A stretch of 64,000 nt of DNA, from contig CACDUV010000001.1 of NCBI GenBank assembly GCA_902556065.1, positions 30,534 to 94,533 on the forward strand, given 5' to 3'. The notes beneath the pieces are model-generated. The model did not search any database and was not told the origin of the DNA. It saw nothing but the letters and a program-made list of their open reading frames with translations. This document shows positions 38,685 through 48,875 of this stretch, piece by piece. The stretch is from an uncultured Pelagibacteraceae bacterium (GTDB lineage Bacteria; Pseudomonadota; Alphaproteobacteria; Pelagibacterales; Pelagibacteraceae). Position 1 is the first letter of the stretch, and every line of letters begins with the position of its first letter. The position numbers were made by a program, and so were the translations under genes.

Positions 38685-38735
38685 ATTATTATTCTAACAA
38701 GAATATATTTATTTAATTAATTTATCACTTAAAAA

Positions 38736-39992
38736 TTAATTATTTATTAAATCTAAATATAAAGCTGCTGACCAAGAAAAATTATTTGCACCCATAGGTT
38801 TACCATTCTTGCAACTATAATATTCATGAAATCCTTTTTTTTCGACCAATCTAATAGTACGTTCTTTAATTTTGTTTGAGTATTTTTCGTCTTTATTCAT
38901 TAGGCCCTTGTGTATAAACCAATTACAGTTAATCCAAACTGGGCCCCTCCAATAACGTTTTTCCTCAAAACTTTTATGATTAGGTTTTATTGAAGAAAAA
39001 AAATATTTTTCTTTTAAATTATGTTTTTTTAAGTTTTTGATTAAGATATCGTTAATTTTACTATTTTTAATATCAGCATACAAAATCAAATAATTTGTAA
39101 TTGATGGAATGAATATTTTTTTTTTATTTCTTAGATCAAAACAAAAAAAAGTTTGTTTTTTTTTATCAAAATATTTTAAAATATTTTCCTCAGTTATTTT
39201 TACATAATTAATAATTGTTGAACTATCTAAATTAAATTTTTTTAACAGTATGATTAAATCTTTATTTGATTTAAAAAATATAGAATTAAATCCAATATCA
39301 ACTACATTAAACATTGAGGTTTTGAATATTTTTTTTGGATCATATTTCTTTTTTCTTAAATCATTTTTTATTGTTACATATCTATCATAATCAATATTCA
39401 GAGGCCTATGTTCGGGATTAATAACTTTATTATCAGCTCTTTTATATTGAATATTTTTTTCAATTTTCACTTTATTCATTGGTTCGTCCCATAAGGACGA
39501 GTTGTCGTACCCGCTTTCCCAAGGATGGAGTATTGAAACTAAACCAGTTTTTTTTGGATCTCTATTTTTAATAAACCACTCATGAGATTTCTTAATTTTA
39601 ATTACAAATTTTTTAATTTCTTTTTTTTGTATTTTGGTAATTTTGTTTTTATCTATTATTTCTTTTAATATACTTGCAAGTACTGGTGGTTGGGTAATGC
39701 CAGATGAGCGAATTTTATTTCCACAATTCCAAGCAGTATGATTAGGATAATAATTTGTATTTGTATTATGAAACAATATATGTGGAATCATTCCATCCTT
39801 CCATTGACCATCTAAAAGTGTCTTAATTTCTTTTAATGCAAAATTTAAATTAAAATAGGAATACCCTAATGCAATAAATGCTGAATCCCAGTTCCATTGC
39901 GCAGGATATAGCTTGTTATTTGTGGGTAGAGTATATCCCCTTTTTCTATTTCCAATTAAAATTTTTTGGGCATTTTTAATATGCCTATTCAT
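38736..39992 (-). CDS. GH63 (MGH1-like) mannosyl/glucosyl-glycerate or -glycerol hydrolase
   Basis: LYP.QW.WDSAF, Q...GM.PHI, SGITQPP, HPWESG.DNS, YWRGPVW, F.EYY, FSWSAA. Confidence 0.88.
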   Translation of the reverse strand: MNRHIKNAQKILIGNRKRGYTLPTNNKLYPAQWNWDSAFIALGYSYFNLNFALKEIKTLLDGQWKDGMIPHILFHNTNTNYYPNHTAWNCGNKIRSSGITQPPVLASILKEIIDKNKITKIQKKEIKKFVIKIKKSHEWFIKNRDPKKTGLVSILHPWESGYDNSSLWDEPMNKVKIEKNIQYKRADNKVINPEHRPLNIDYDRYVTIKNDLRKKKYDPKKIFKTSMFNVVDIGFNSIFFKSNKDLIILLKKFNLDSSTIINYVKITEENILKYFDKKKQTFFCFDLRNKKKIFIPSITNYLILYADIKNSKINDILIKNLKKHNLKEKYFFSSIKPNHKSFEEKRYWRGPVWINCNWFIHKGLMNKDEKYSNKIKERTIRLVEKKGFHEYYSCKNGKPMGANNFSWSAALYLDLINN

Positions 39993-41185
39993 TATCCTTT
40001 TACACTCCCTGATGTTAACCCACTAACTAAATATTTTTCAAAATAAACAAAAATAAATAAAATTGGTAAAGTTACAACAACTGAACCAGCCATCAAATAT
40101 TGTCTTGGAGTTTCAGCTCCAACATTTAAAAACTGTATCGCTCTTGATAATGTAAATGAGCTAGGGCTGTCTAAAAACATTAGTGAAAATAAAAATTCAT
40201 TCCAGGCAATCATAAATACATACAATGCTACTGACGCAATTGCCGGTAAACTTAAAGGTAAAATGATTTTAACGATTATTCCAAACCAATTTTGCCCATC
40301 CATTATACCTGCTTCTTCAAGCTCTTTTGGAATACTTTTGAAATATCCCTGGAGCATATAAATTGCTACTGGCAGAGTTGTGGCTGTATAAATAATCAAT
40401 AATCCAAATACAGAATTTCTTAGACCTAATTGACTGAAAACAGTGTATAGAGGAATCACGAGCACAATAGCAGGAAACATATAAATAATTAAAATTGAGG
40501 TAGACAAAAAGTGTTTTCCAAAAAAATTTAATCTTGCAACTGCATAAGCTGCTGGGATCCCAAGTAATAAAGTAATTATAACTGTTCCTATCGATACAAT
40601 TGAACTATTCAGCATGTATTTGCCAAAATTATATTCCGTAAAAACTATAATATAGGATTTGAATAAAGATTTTATATTTTGTGTAAAATCGATACTGAAA
40701 TCTAAAGGATTAATTAATAAAAGAGCCTGTGTTTTAAAACTTGTAACTAACATCAAGTAAAATGGAAATAAAATTACAAAAGAAAAAAAGATAATTCCAA
40801 ACAAAGTTAAAAAATCAAAAAATATAATTTGTGTAGAAAAATTATAACTAAAGTTTTTTTTATTATATTTAGATAATTTATTAACAAAAAATAATAGGAT
40901 CAGAAAAGTTCCTATATAATGCCAAATAGGTAAAGAACTATTAATAAAATAATCAATCAATACAAACACTGATGATAATATAATCACTATAGATAGTTTG
41001 TTTAATTTTTCACTCAAGAAAATTGAAACAAAAGAAATTATAATTCCACTTAAAAAATAAAAATTGAAATTTAAAGTTTTAAGTTCAATTCCTTGTAACG
41101 TAGATAGTATTTTCCAAATAGAAATTAGAGAGAATAAAAAAAACGAAGAAATTATACTGAAAGTGATAATTGATTTAACTCTCAT
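39992..41185 (-). CDS. Carbohydrate ABC transporter permease (MalG-type) with N-terminal TM extension
   Basis: NS......, F.SIP.ELEEAG..DG, AWNEFLF, G.T.G.VKG C-terminus. Confidence 0.92.
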   Translation of the reverse strand: MRVKSIITFSIISSFFLFSLISIWKILSTLQGIELKTLNFNFYFLSGIIISFVSIFLSEKLNKLSIVIILSSVFVLIDYFINSSLPIWHYIGTFLILLFFVNKLSKYNKKNFSYNFSTQIIFFDFLTLFGIIFFSFVILFPFYLMLVTSFKTQALLLINPLDFSIDFTQNIKSLFKSYIIVFTEYNFGKYMLNSSIVSIGTVIITLLLGIPAAYAVARLNFFGKHFLSTSILIIYMFPAIVLVIPLYTVFSQLGLRNSVFGLLIIYTATTLPVAIYMLQGYFKSIPKELEEAGIMDGQNWFGIIVKIILPLSLPAIASVALYVFMIAWNEFLFSLMFLDSPSSFTLSRAIQFLNVGAETPRQYLMAGSVVVTLPILFIFVYFEKYLVSGLTSGSVKG

Positions 41186-42434
41186 TGGCCCTTTTTCCTA
41201 TCAGTTTAAAATAAATTAACATGAAAAATAAAAGTAATAATACAATCACCATCGAAACAGCTGATCCCATTCCAATATCTCCTATTGAAAACCCCTGTTC
41301 ATAAACATTTATTGGAAGCGTTCTGGTTCCTGAGGCACCGCCAGTTAAAAGGAAAATATCCTCAAACTTATTAAAGTTCCAAATAAATCTAATCATAAAT
41401 AAAATAGAAATCACTGCTGTTATCTGTGGCAGTGTTATATTCATAAATTTCGTGTAAGGACCAGCTCCATCAATATCTGCTGCCTCATATAGTTCTTTAG
41501 GAACTGCTTGAAGTCTTGCTAATATAAAAAGAAATGCTAACGGAAAATATCTCCAGATTTCAAAGATAATAACGGTTGTTAAAGCTAATCTTAATTTAAA
41601 TTCAAAACCAAAAACAAAAATTGATACATACTTTTGTCCTAACAAATTTATTGGCTTATCAATTATATTATAATTGAGTAGCAGATTATTTAAAGTACCA
41701 CTATTGGGATCTAATAGGAGTTCCCAAGTAAAAGCCAGGGCAACAACAGGAGCTACGTAGGGAAACAATAACGTGCTCCTAATAAAACTTCGACCTCTAA
41801 AGTTTTGATTTACCATTTGGGCTGATAAAATTCCAAAAACAATTGCGCCAACTGTTCCAAAAAAAGTATAATAAAATGTTGTTAATAATAAATCTTTAAA
41901 TTCATAGTTCGTGAATACTTTTTTAAAATTTGATAAAGTAAAATCAGTTGTCAAAAGAATGTTGTCTGCTTTTCCTTTTAATTTTGGTTTGTTTAACTTA
42001 AACAGTTTTTTTTCAATTTTTTCACCGTTTTTTGTTTCAAAAAAAATTACAAGTTGCTCTCTATATTTTTTAGACCAATCACCAAAATCACACTGAACTT
42101 TATTTGAAATAAACTTACATCTCTCATCTAAATCTACTGGCTGAACATTGTTTGGAAATTTATCCTGAAATTTAACATCTCTAATATCTTGAATTAAAGA
42201 GCTATTTCTTAATTTATAAATAATTTTAATTTTTGAATCTTCGTTTTTAACAGATTTAACTATTTTTTTTGCTCTTGGCTCTGGAATTCTTATATCTTTT
42301 AATTGAACTTCTTTAAAACTAATCCATACGTTTGAAAATATTGGGAATAATACTATTGCAAATACAATCAGAACTGCTGGCAAAGTTAAAGCATAGGCAG
42401 TTCTTTTTTCTATTTTTGAAAGTGTGTTGCTCAT
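41175..42434 (-). CDS. Carbohydrate ABC transporter permease (MalF-type) with large periplasmic loop
   Basis: LQAVP.ELYEAA.IDGA, ITLP, F..FEDIFLLTGG. Confidence 0.92.
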   Translation of the reverse strand: MSNTLSKIEKRTAYALTLPAVLIVFAIVLFPIFSNVWISFKEVQLKDIRIPEPRAKKIVKSVKNEDSKIKIIYKLRNSSLIQDIRDVKFQDKFPNNVQPVDLDERCKFISNKVQCDFGDWSKKYREQLVIFFETKNGEKIEKKLFKLNKPKLKGKADNILLTTDFTLSNFKKVFTNYEFKDLLLTTFYYTFFGTVGAIVFGILSAQMVNQNFRGRSFIRSTLLFPYVAPVVALAFTWELLLDPNSGTLNNLLLNYNIIDKPINLLGQKYVSIFVFGFEFKLRLALTTVIIFEIWRYFPLAFLFILARLQAVPKELYEAADIDGAGPYTKFMNITLPQITAVISILFMIRFIWNFNKFEDIFLLTGGASGTRTLPINVYEQGFSIGDIGMGSAVSMVIVLLLLFFMLIYFKLIGKRANES

Positions 42435-42469
42435 AAAAAAAGCGGATAATTAATATTATCCGCTTTTTT
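42435..42469 (-). terminator. Terminator-like hairpin between sugar SBP and permease
   Basis: AAAAAAAGCGGATAAT-taat-ATTATCCGCTTTTTT; on the minus strand the U-tract runs directly into the permease ATG. Confidence 0.8.
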
Positions 42470-42484
42470 CAAAAAATTAAAAAA

Positions 42485-43816
42485 TTAATTGAACTTTTTT
42501 AATGATTTGTTGATCATATCTACTGCCTCATCAACATCAATTTGATCATCAATATACAATCTTGTGATACGGTTTAAAAATTGAGAATTGATAATCTTAG
42601 AAGCTCTTGAAAGTTCGCCTTCTTTAACTCCCCATCTGCTCGCAGTATCTAAACCAGCAACAATATTGTTGATAACATCTTCTGAATACAAATCTGTCAA
42701 AGCAGCCTTTCTATCAACACCAACTGGTAATTTACTCCAAGCTTTTGTGAAAGCCTCAGGATCAGTTGAGTTTCCTCTTCTGACTGGAAATTTACCTTCT
42801 GGTGCAATTGATAATGTGCTCGTATAACCTTCGTCCATTGAATACATCACAAATTGTTTTGCTTCTTCAGTGTCAGCATCTGCTGTTATTCCGAAGTACC
42901 TTACATCTGCCCAAGCGGCACCTTTTTTATTACCTGGTCCACTAAAATTAGTTATAAAACCAGTTTTAGATGCTAGTTCAGATGATGTTGGATCATCATT
43001 TATTGTTGGTGGTGCTGAATCTCTTAAGCCAGCAAGTTCATCCATAATAAATGGAGACCAAATAATCATTGGAGTTTTTCCAGCAAAATAAAGTTCTCTT
43101 GACTGTTTCCAGTATAGTTCTCCTGGAGGACTTGCTTTTGCGATTGTTTTATAAAACTCTAAAGCTCTTTTTAATTTCCAGCCTTGATTTTTTACTCCAC
43201 CTTTTTTTACAACATTCACTCCGTTAGCTAATAAAACATGCTCTAAAACCTGACTCATAAAGTTTTCATCTGTTTTAGTTGCAGCTACAAAACCAAACAT
43301 ATCGTCAGATGATAATGCTTCTACTGCTTTAACGATATTTTCATAACTTGTTGGTGGTTCTAAGCCAGCTTTTTTAAATAGATCTTTTCTATAAACGACC
43401 ATCTGTGTCCAGCCATCTACAGGGACAGCAGCTATCTTAGTTCCTTTTTTAGCCATGTTTAAAGCACCAGGCGCAAATGTTTTCTTACCTAGTTCTTTAA
43501 CAACGTCATTATTAGCATCAACATCTAAGATTCCAGCATCAGCCCATGGTAAAACGTACTGAAGTGTGTGATATATTACATCAGGTAAATCACCAGCAGC
43601 AGCTGCGGCTGTTGCTCTCTTACCTAATTCTTTTTCATCTATTGGAATAACTTCTACTCCTATACCAGTCTTAGCTTCGAAAGCTTTAGCCATATCCTCT
43701 TGCTTTGCCATTCTTGCTGGTTGAGTTTCAGTTGTCCAAAACTTGATATCTGCAAAAGCAATATTATTAATAAAAAATGCTAAAGCAGATAATAATATTA
43801 AAGTTTTTTTTAACAT
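42485..43816 (-). CDS. Carbohydrate ABC transporter substrate-binding protein (YcjN-like)
   Basis: Signal peptide; AGDLPDVI, AVP......VYRKDL...AGL..P pattern of family 1 sugar SBPs; GAGG RBS. Confidence 0.9.
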   Translation of the reverse strand: MLKKTLILLSALAFFINNIAFADIKFWTTETQPARMAKQEDMAKAFEAKTGIGVEVIPIDEKELGKRATAAAAAGDLPDVIYHTLQYVLPWADAGILDVDANNDVVKELGKKTFAPGALNMAKKGTKIAAVPVDGWTQMVVYRKDLFKKAGLEPPTSYENIVKAVEALSSDDMFGFVAATKTDENFMSQVLEHVLLANGVNVVKKGGVKNQGWKLKRALEFYKTIAKASPPGELYWKQSRELYFAGKTPMIIWSPFIMDELAGLRDSAPPTINDDPTSSELASKTGFITNFSGPGNKKGAAWADVRYFGITADADTEEAKQFVMYSMDEGYTSTLSIAPEGKFPVRRGNSTDPEAFTKAWSKLPVGVDRKAALTDLYSEDVINNIVAGLDTASRWGVKEGELSRASKIINSQFLNRITRLYIDDQIDVDEAVDMINKSLKKFN

Positions 43817-43931
43817 AGTTACCTCTTTTTATTTTTTTTTATTAAAACCTTATTCTTTTTAAAAAGCAATTCCTTATGCAATAGTGTCATATCTCAGTTG
43901 ACTAAGTTACAATGAGAAATGAAAAAGACCT

Positions 43932-45008
43932 TTATTTAAAGGCTAAATTATTACTATCAAATAAATGACATTTGTTTATATCGAAGCTTAAGCTGAGATT
44001 GTCTCCAACGTTAACTTTGCTTGCTCCGTCAGTTTGAACTACTAGAGGTTCTCCCTCTTTTTCTAGATATAAAAAAGTTGAAGAGCCTAATTTTTCAATT
44101 ACGAATACTTTGCTCTCCCAGCATTTTTCAGCAGTATTGATTAAGATATGTTCTGGTCTGATACCAATCTTTACACTATCGCCTGGTGAAACTTTATCTG
44201 AAGTTTTAGGAACAATAATTTTTCCTTGCCCTGAAATTTCAACTTCAGTGCTAGAGCTATTTGAGCTAATTACTTTAGTATTAATAAAGTTCATCTTTGG
44301 TGAACCAATAAATCCACCAACAAATAAATTTTCTGGCTCATTATATAGTTTTAATGGAGATCCTTTTTGAGATACAATACCTTGATCTAACACAACTATA
44401 TCATCTGCAAGTGTCATTGCTTCGGTTTGATCGTGAGTAACATAAATCATTGTTGCATTTAATTGATCATGTAATTTAGCAAGCTCTACTCTCATCTGAA
44501 CTCTTAAAGCTGCATCTAAATTAGACAAAGGTTCATCGAATAAAAATACTTTTGGTTTCCTTGTAATTGCTCTACCAATTGCAACTCTTTGTCTTTGTCC
44601 TCCTGACAATTGTTTTGGTTTTCTCTCTAAGTATTCCTCAATTTGAAGAATTTTAGCAGCCTCCATAACTCGCTCAGTAATTTCATCTTTAGATTTTTTT
44701 TCAATTTTTAAACCAAAAGCCATGTTGTCAAACACTGTCATGTGAGGATACAAAGCATATGATTGAAAGACCATTGCTATATTTCTTTCTTTAGGAGGCA
44801 GATCGTTTACAACTTGTCCATCAATTGAAATTGTTCCTGAGTTGATCTCCTCTAAACCAGCAATCATTCTTAGCATTGTTGATTTACCACATCCGCTAGG
44901 CCCAACTAATACAGTGAAAGATTCGCTTTTAATATCTAAAGATACATCTTTAATTACGTGTGTAGATCCAAAAGATTTATTTATATTTGAAATATTTATC
45001 TCAGCCAT
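43932..45008 (-). CDS. Carbohydrate ABC transporter ATPase (MalK/UgpC family)
   Basis: GPSGCGKST, LSGGQRQRVA.GRA, FDEPLSNLDA, YVTHDQ.EAMT, FIGSP.MN. Confidence 0.96.
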   Translation of the reverse strand: MAEINISNINKSFGSTHVIKDVSLDIKSESFTVLVGPSGCGKSTMLRMIAGLEEINSGTISIDGQVVNDLPPKERNIAMVFQSYALYPHMTVFDNMAFGLKIEKKSKDEITERVMEAAKILQIEEYLERKPKQLSGGQRQRVAIGRAITRKPKVFLFDEPLSNLDAALRVQMRVELAKLHDQLNATMIYVTHDQTEAMTLADDIVVLDQGIVSQKGSPLKLYNEPENLFVGGFIGSPKMNFINTKVISSNSSSTEVEISGQGKIIVPKTSDKVSPGDSVKIGIRPEHILINTAEKCWESKVFVIEKLGSSTFLYLEKEGEPLVVQTDGASKVNVGDNLSLSFDINKCHLFDSNNLAFK

Positions 45009-45089
45009 TTTGAGTTAATATTTATATTGTAATTTTATTTTATATTTGTTTATATTTAGAAAGGATATTTATAAACTGGAGAAATTACA

Positions 45090-46421
45090 ATGAGTAAAAT
45101 TGCAATTATTGGAGCAGGACCTTGTGGTCTTTCAATGTTAAGAGCATTTGAACACCTAGAGATTAAAGGTGAAAAAATTCCTGAAATAGTTTGTTTTGAA
45201 AAACAAGAAGATTGGGGAGGTTTGTGGAATTATAATTGGAGAACAGGTAGTGATCAATATGGAGATCCAGTTCATAATAGTATGTATAGATATTTATGGT
45301 CAAATGGCCCTAAAGAATGTTTGGAGTTTGCAGATTATTCTTTTGATGAACATTTTGGACAACCAATTCCTTCTTTTCCACCTAGAGAAGTGTTGCAAGA
45401 TTATATTCTTGGGAGAGTAAGCAAAGGTAAACTTAAAAATAAAGTAAAACTAAATACAAAAGTAACGAATGTAACTTTTAATAATGAAAAATTCGAAATC
45501 ACTTATCAAGACAAAACTAAAAATGAAATTTCAAAAGATACATTTGATTACTTAGTTGTATCTACTGGTCATTTTTCTGTTCCGTTTATTCCTGAATATA
45601 GAGGAATGAATTCTTTCCCAGGAAGAATAATGCACTCTCACGATTTCAGAGATGCAGAAGAATTCAGAGGAAAAGATGTGATCGTTTTAGGAAGCAGTTA
45701 TTCAGCTGAAGATGTTGCTCTACAATGTAATAAATACGGAGCTAAAAGTGTAACTATTGGATATCGAAATGCTCCTATGGGATTTAAATGGCCCAAAGGT
45801 ATGAAAGAAGTTCATTATCTTGATAGATTGGAAGGAAAAAAAGCAATTTTTAAAGATGGTACTGAACAAGATGCAGATGCAATTATATTATGCACTGGCT
45901 ACCTACATCATTTTCCATTCTTAGATGAAAGTTTAAAGTTAAAAACACACAACAGATTATATCCACCAAAATTATATAAAGGGGTAGTTTGGCACGACAA
46001 TCACAAACTTCTTTATCTTGGTATGCAGGATCAATTCCATACTTTTAATATGTTTGATTGCCAAGCTTGGTTTGCAAGAGATGTAATTATGGGAAAAATT
46101 CAAATGCCAAGTGCTGATGAAATTAATAAAGATATCAATAATTGGGTTGCTATGGAGGAAAAATTAGAAAACCCAGATCAAATGATTGATTTTCAAACTG
46201 AATACACAAAAGAACTTCATGAAATGTCTAATTATCCAAAAATAGATTTTGAATTAATCAGAAAACATTTCAAAGAGTGGGAACATCATAAAGTAGAAGA
46301 TATCTCAACTTACAGAAACAAATCCTTTTCATCACCTGTAACAGGTACTGTTGCACCTATACACCATACCCCATGGGAAACTGCTATGGATGACTCGATG
46401 AAGACTTTTTTAAATAAGTAA
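45090..46421 (+). CDS. tmm: Trimethylamine monooxygenase (bacterial flavin-containing monooxygenase)
   Basis: GAGPCG, WGGLWNY.WRTG, SMYRYLWSNGPKECLEFADY, F.GRI.HSHDFR, GSSYSAED. Confidence 0.95.
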   Translation: MSKIAIIGAGPCGLSMLRAFEHLEIKGEKIPEIVCFEKQEDWGGLWNYNWRTGSDQYGDPVHNSMYRYLWSNGPKECLEFADYSFDEHFGQPIPSFPPREVLQDYILGRVSKGKLKNKVKLNTKVTNVTFNNEKFEITYQDKTKNEISKDTFDYLVVSTGHFSVPFIPEYRGMNSFPGRIMHSHDFRDAEEFRGKDVIVLGSSYSAEDVALQCNKYGAKSVTIGYRNAPMGFKWPKGMKEVHYLDRLEGKKAIFKDGTEQDADAIILCTGYLHHFPFLDESLKLKTHNRLYPPKLYKGVVWHDNHKLLYLGMQDQFHTFNMFDCQAWFARDVIMGKIQMPSADEINKDINNWVAMEEKLENPDQMIDFQTEYTKELHEMSNYPKIDFELIRKHFKEWEHHKVEDISTYRNKSFSSPVTGTVAPIHHTPWETAMDDSMKTFLNK

Positions 46422-47384
46422 TTAATAATTAATTTTTAATTTTTTATTTTTTGTGATTGCACTTAATAGTGCATGCATAAGTGGTATTTTATTTTTTTTG
46501 ATTTTTTTTAATACGTAAGGTGCAATCTCTTTAGCAAGATCAGCGCCCTCTACTGTATCGTTTTTCATAAATTTTTTTTTTGCAATTTTAAAAGTGTATC
46601 CTTTTCCTAAATATTCACCCATTTTACTGTTTCTCCCTCCAACAGCGCTGACATATAAGTCGCCAACTCCAGCCAACCCATGAACAGTTTCTTTTTTGCC
46701 TCTAAAATATTTTATTAAATATTCCATTTCATCTAACGATTTTCTAAATAATGCTGAAGCAGTATTTTCACCTCCCCCTGATCCTATAATCATAGAATAT
46801 ATATTTTTTATTGCAGATGAAAATTCAACACCTTTTACATCAATTGAATATTCTGTTTTGTAATATTTCGTTGAAATTAACTTTCCTATATTTGTGGCAA
46901 TATTAATATTCTTATTTGCTATAACAGTGTAACTTTTGATTTTTTTTGCTAACTCTTTTGCCAAACAAGGTCCTTTTAATACTGAAATATTTAAATTTTG
47001 ATTTCCTTTGTTTAGTTGCTCCGACATAGTAATAATTTTTTTATTGTTTCGATCATATTTAAGACCTTTGGTCAAAACGAGAATAGAAACTTTTCTTTTA
47101 ATGTTTTTTAAATGTTCTCTAATCATTTCCATTCCAATAGAACTTACAGCGATAACGATCATATCCCATTTTTCATTAAGTAATTCTGATGAAAACTTTT
47201 TAATAAAAACTCTTTTTGATAATTTAAGTTTTAATGTTGGATGAAATTTATTTTTTTTTAATAATTTCTTTTGAAGATCTTTGTTGTATGGTTCGGTCAA
47301 AATAACTTGATGATTATTGTCAATCAAAGGAAACGTAAATGCAGCGCCCATTGCACCAGCGCCAATTACTAAAATCTTGTTCAT
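46422..47384 (-). CDS. gpsA: NAD(P)H-dependent glycerol-3-phosphate dehydrogenase
   Basis: GAGAMG, TKG, GP.LA.E, A.KNIY, GLAG.GDL, GRN...G, EG. Confidence 0.85.
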   Translation of the reverse strand: MNKILVIGAGAMGAAFTFPLIDNNHQVILTEPYNKDLQKKLLKKNKFHPTLKLKLSKRVFIKKFSSELLNEKWDMIVIAVSSIGMEMIREHLKNIKRKVSILVLTKGLKYDRNNKKIITMSEQLNKGNQNLNISVLKGPCLAKELAKKIKSYTVIANKNINIATNIGKLISTKYYKTEYSIDVKGVEFSSAIKNIYSMIIGSGGGENTASALFRKSLDEMEYLIKYFRGKKETVHGLAGVGDLYVSAVGGRNSKMGEYLGKGYTFKIAKKKFMKNDTVEGADLAKEIAPYVLKKIKKNKIPLMHALLSAITKNKKLKINY

Positions 47385-47392
47385 AGATTATA

Positions 47393-48871
47393 CTAAGCTA
47401 AAGTCTTTTTAATTGCTAATTTCCAACCATTTAAAAGATCTTTTCTAAAATTTTCTTTCATTTTAGGATTAAATACTCTGTCTTTTTTCCACATATTTTT
47501 AATTTGATTTAAAGATTTATATTCTCCTATTTGATGTCCAGCCAACAAAGCTACACCTAAAGCAGTTGTCTCTAATATTTTTGGTCTAACAACTTTTAAA
47601 TTAATTATGTCAGCTAAAAATTGTGTAAACCAATTATTTGCAACCATTCCACCATCTACTTTAACTATTTTTGGTTTCAAACCATCCTTGTTCATTGAAT
47701 CAAACAAATCAAAACTTTGATATCCAACAGATTCTACTGTTGCTCTTACTATACTTTTCCAATCACTGTCTCTTGTTAGTCCTGTAATTACTCCTCTAGC
47801 ATCTGGTCTCCAATAAGGTGCCCCCATTCCACTAAAAGCTGGTACAACAAAAACACCATCATTAATTTTAGACGATTTAGAAATCTTTTCAGTTTCGGGT
47901 GCTTTTTTTATCAATTTTACTTTATCTCTTAACCATTGAACTCCTGCGCCCGCTATAAAAATTGAACCTTCCAAGGCGTAAGTATTTTTATTATTTAATC
48001 GATAGCAAATAGTAGTCAGTAATTTGTTTTTTGAATTAATTTTTTTTGGACCAGTGTTCATAATAACAAATGCACCAGTTCCATATGTACTTTTTATAGA
48101 TCCTTTTTCAAAACAAGTTTGTCCAAATGCTGCAGCCTGCTGATCTCCAAGAACTGCAGAAATTGAAATTTCAACTCCTGTAATTTTTTTGTCTGTTTTT
48201 CCAAAATTATCTGCTGAGTTTTTAACTTCTGGTAAAATTTTTTGAGGAATATTTAGTTTTTTTAAAATTTCTTTGTCCCATTTATTATTATTAATATTAT
48301 ACAGCATTGTTCGGCTTGCATTAGATGCTTCTGTTAAATGCTGTTTTCCTTTTGTTAATTTCCAAATTAAAAAGGTGTCTACTGTCCCAAACAATAAATC
48401 ATTTGAACTAAGTAATTTTTTTGAAATTTTAACATTGTCTAAAATCCATTTAATTTTAGTTGCTGAGAAATATGGATCTATAAATAATCCAGTTTTGTTT
48501 CTAAATAAGTTTTCATATTTTTTTTTCTTAAGTAATTTACAGTAATCTTGGGTTCTTCTATCTTGCCATACAATTGCATTATAAATTGGCTTTCCTGTTC
48601 TTTTGTTCCATAAAATTGTCGTTTCCCTTTGATTTGTAATTCCGATTGTTAGTATATGACCTTTTAATTTTTTTGCTTTATTTATTACCTGTTTTAAAGC
48701 TTTAAGTGTTGTGGACCATATTTCATTAGGATTATGTTCTACCCAACCATTTTTTGGAAAATATTGTTTAAATTCAAATTGTGAAACAAAAACAATATTA
48801 CCTTTTGTATCAAATAAAATTACTCTTGATGATGTTGTTCCTTGGTCGATAGAAATAATAAAATTTTTCAA
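47393..48871 (-). CDS. glpK: Glycerol kinase
   Basis: IDQGTTSSR, GITNQRET, AIVWQDRRT, DPYFSATK, GDQQAA, KSTYGTG.F, YALEGS, DGG. Confidence 0.96.
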   Translation of the reverse strand: MKNFIISIDQGTTSSRVILFDTKGNIVFVSQFEFKQYFPKNGWVEHNPNEIWSTTLKALKQVINKAKKLKGHILTIGITNQRETTILWNKRTGKPIYNAIVWQDRRTQDYCKLLKKKKYENLFRNKTGLFIDPYFSATKIKWILDNVKISKKLLSSNDLLFGTVDTFLIWKLTKGKQHLTEASNASRTMLYNINNNKWDKEILKKLNIPQKILPEVKNSADNFGKTDKKITGVEISISAVLGDQQAAAFGQTCFEKGSIKSTYGTGAFVIMNTGPKKINSKNKLLTTICYRLNNKNTYALEGSIFIAGAGVQWLRDKVKLIKKAPETEKISKSSKINDGVFVVPAFSGMGAPYWRPDARGVITGLTRDSDWKSIVRATVESVGYQSFDLFDSMNKDGLKPKIVKVDGGMVANNWFTQFLADIINLKVVRPKILETTALGVALLAGHQIGEYKSLNQIKNMWKKDRVFNPKMKENFRKDLLNGWKLAIKKTLA

Positions 48872-48875
48872 TGGA

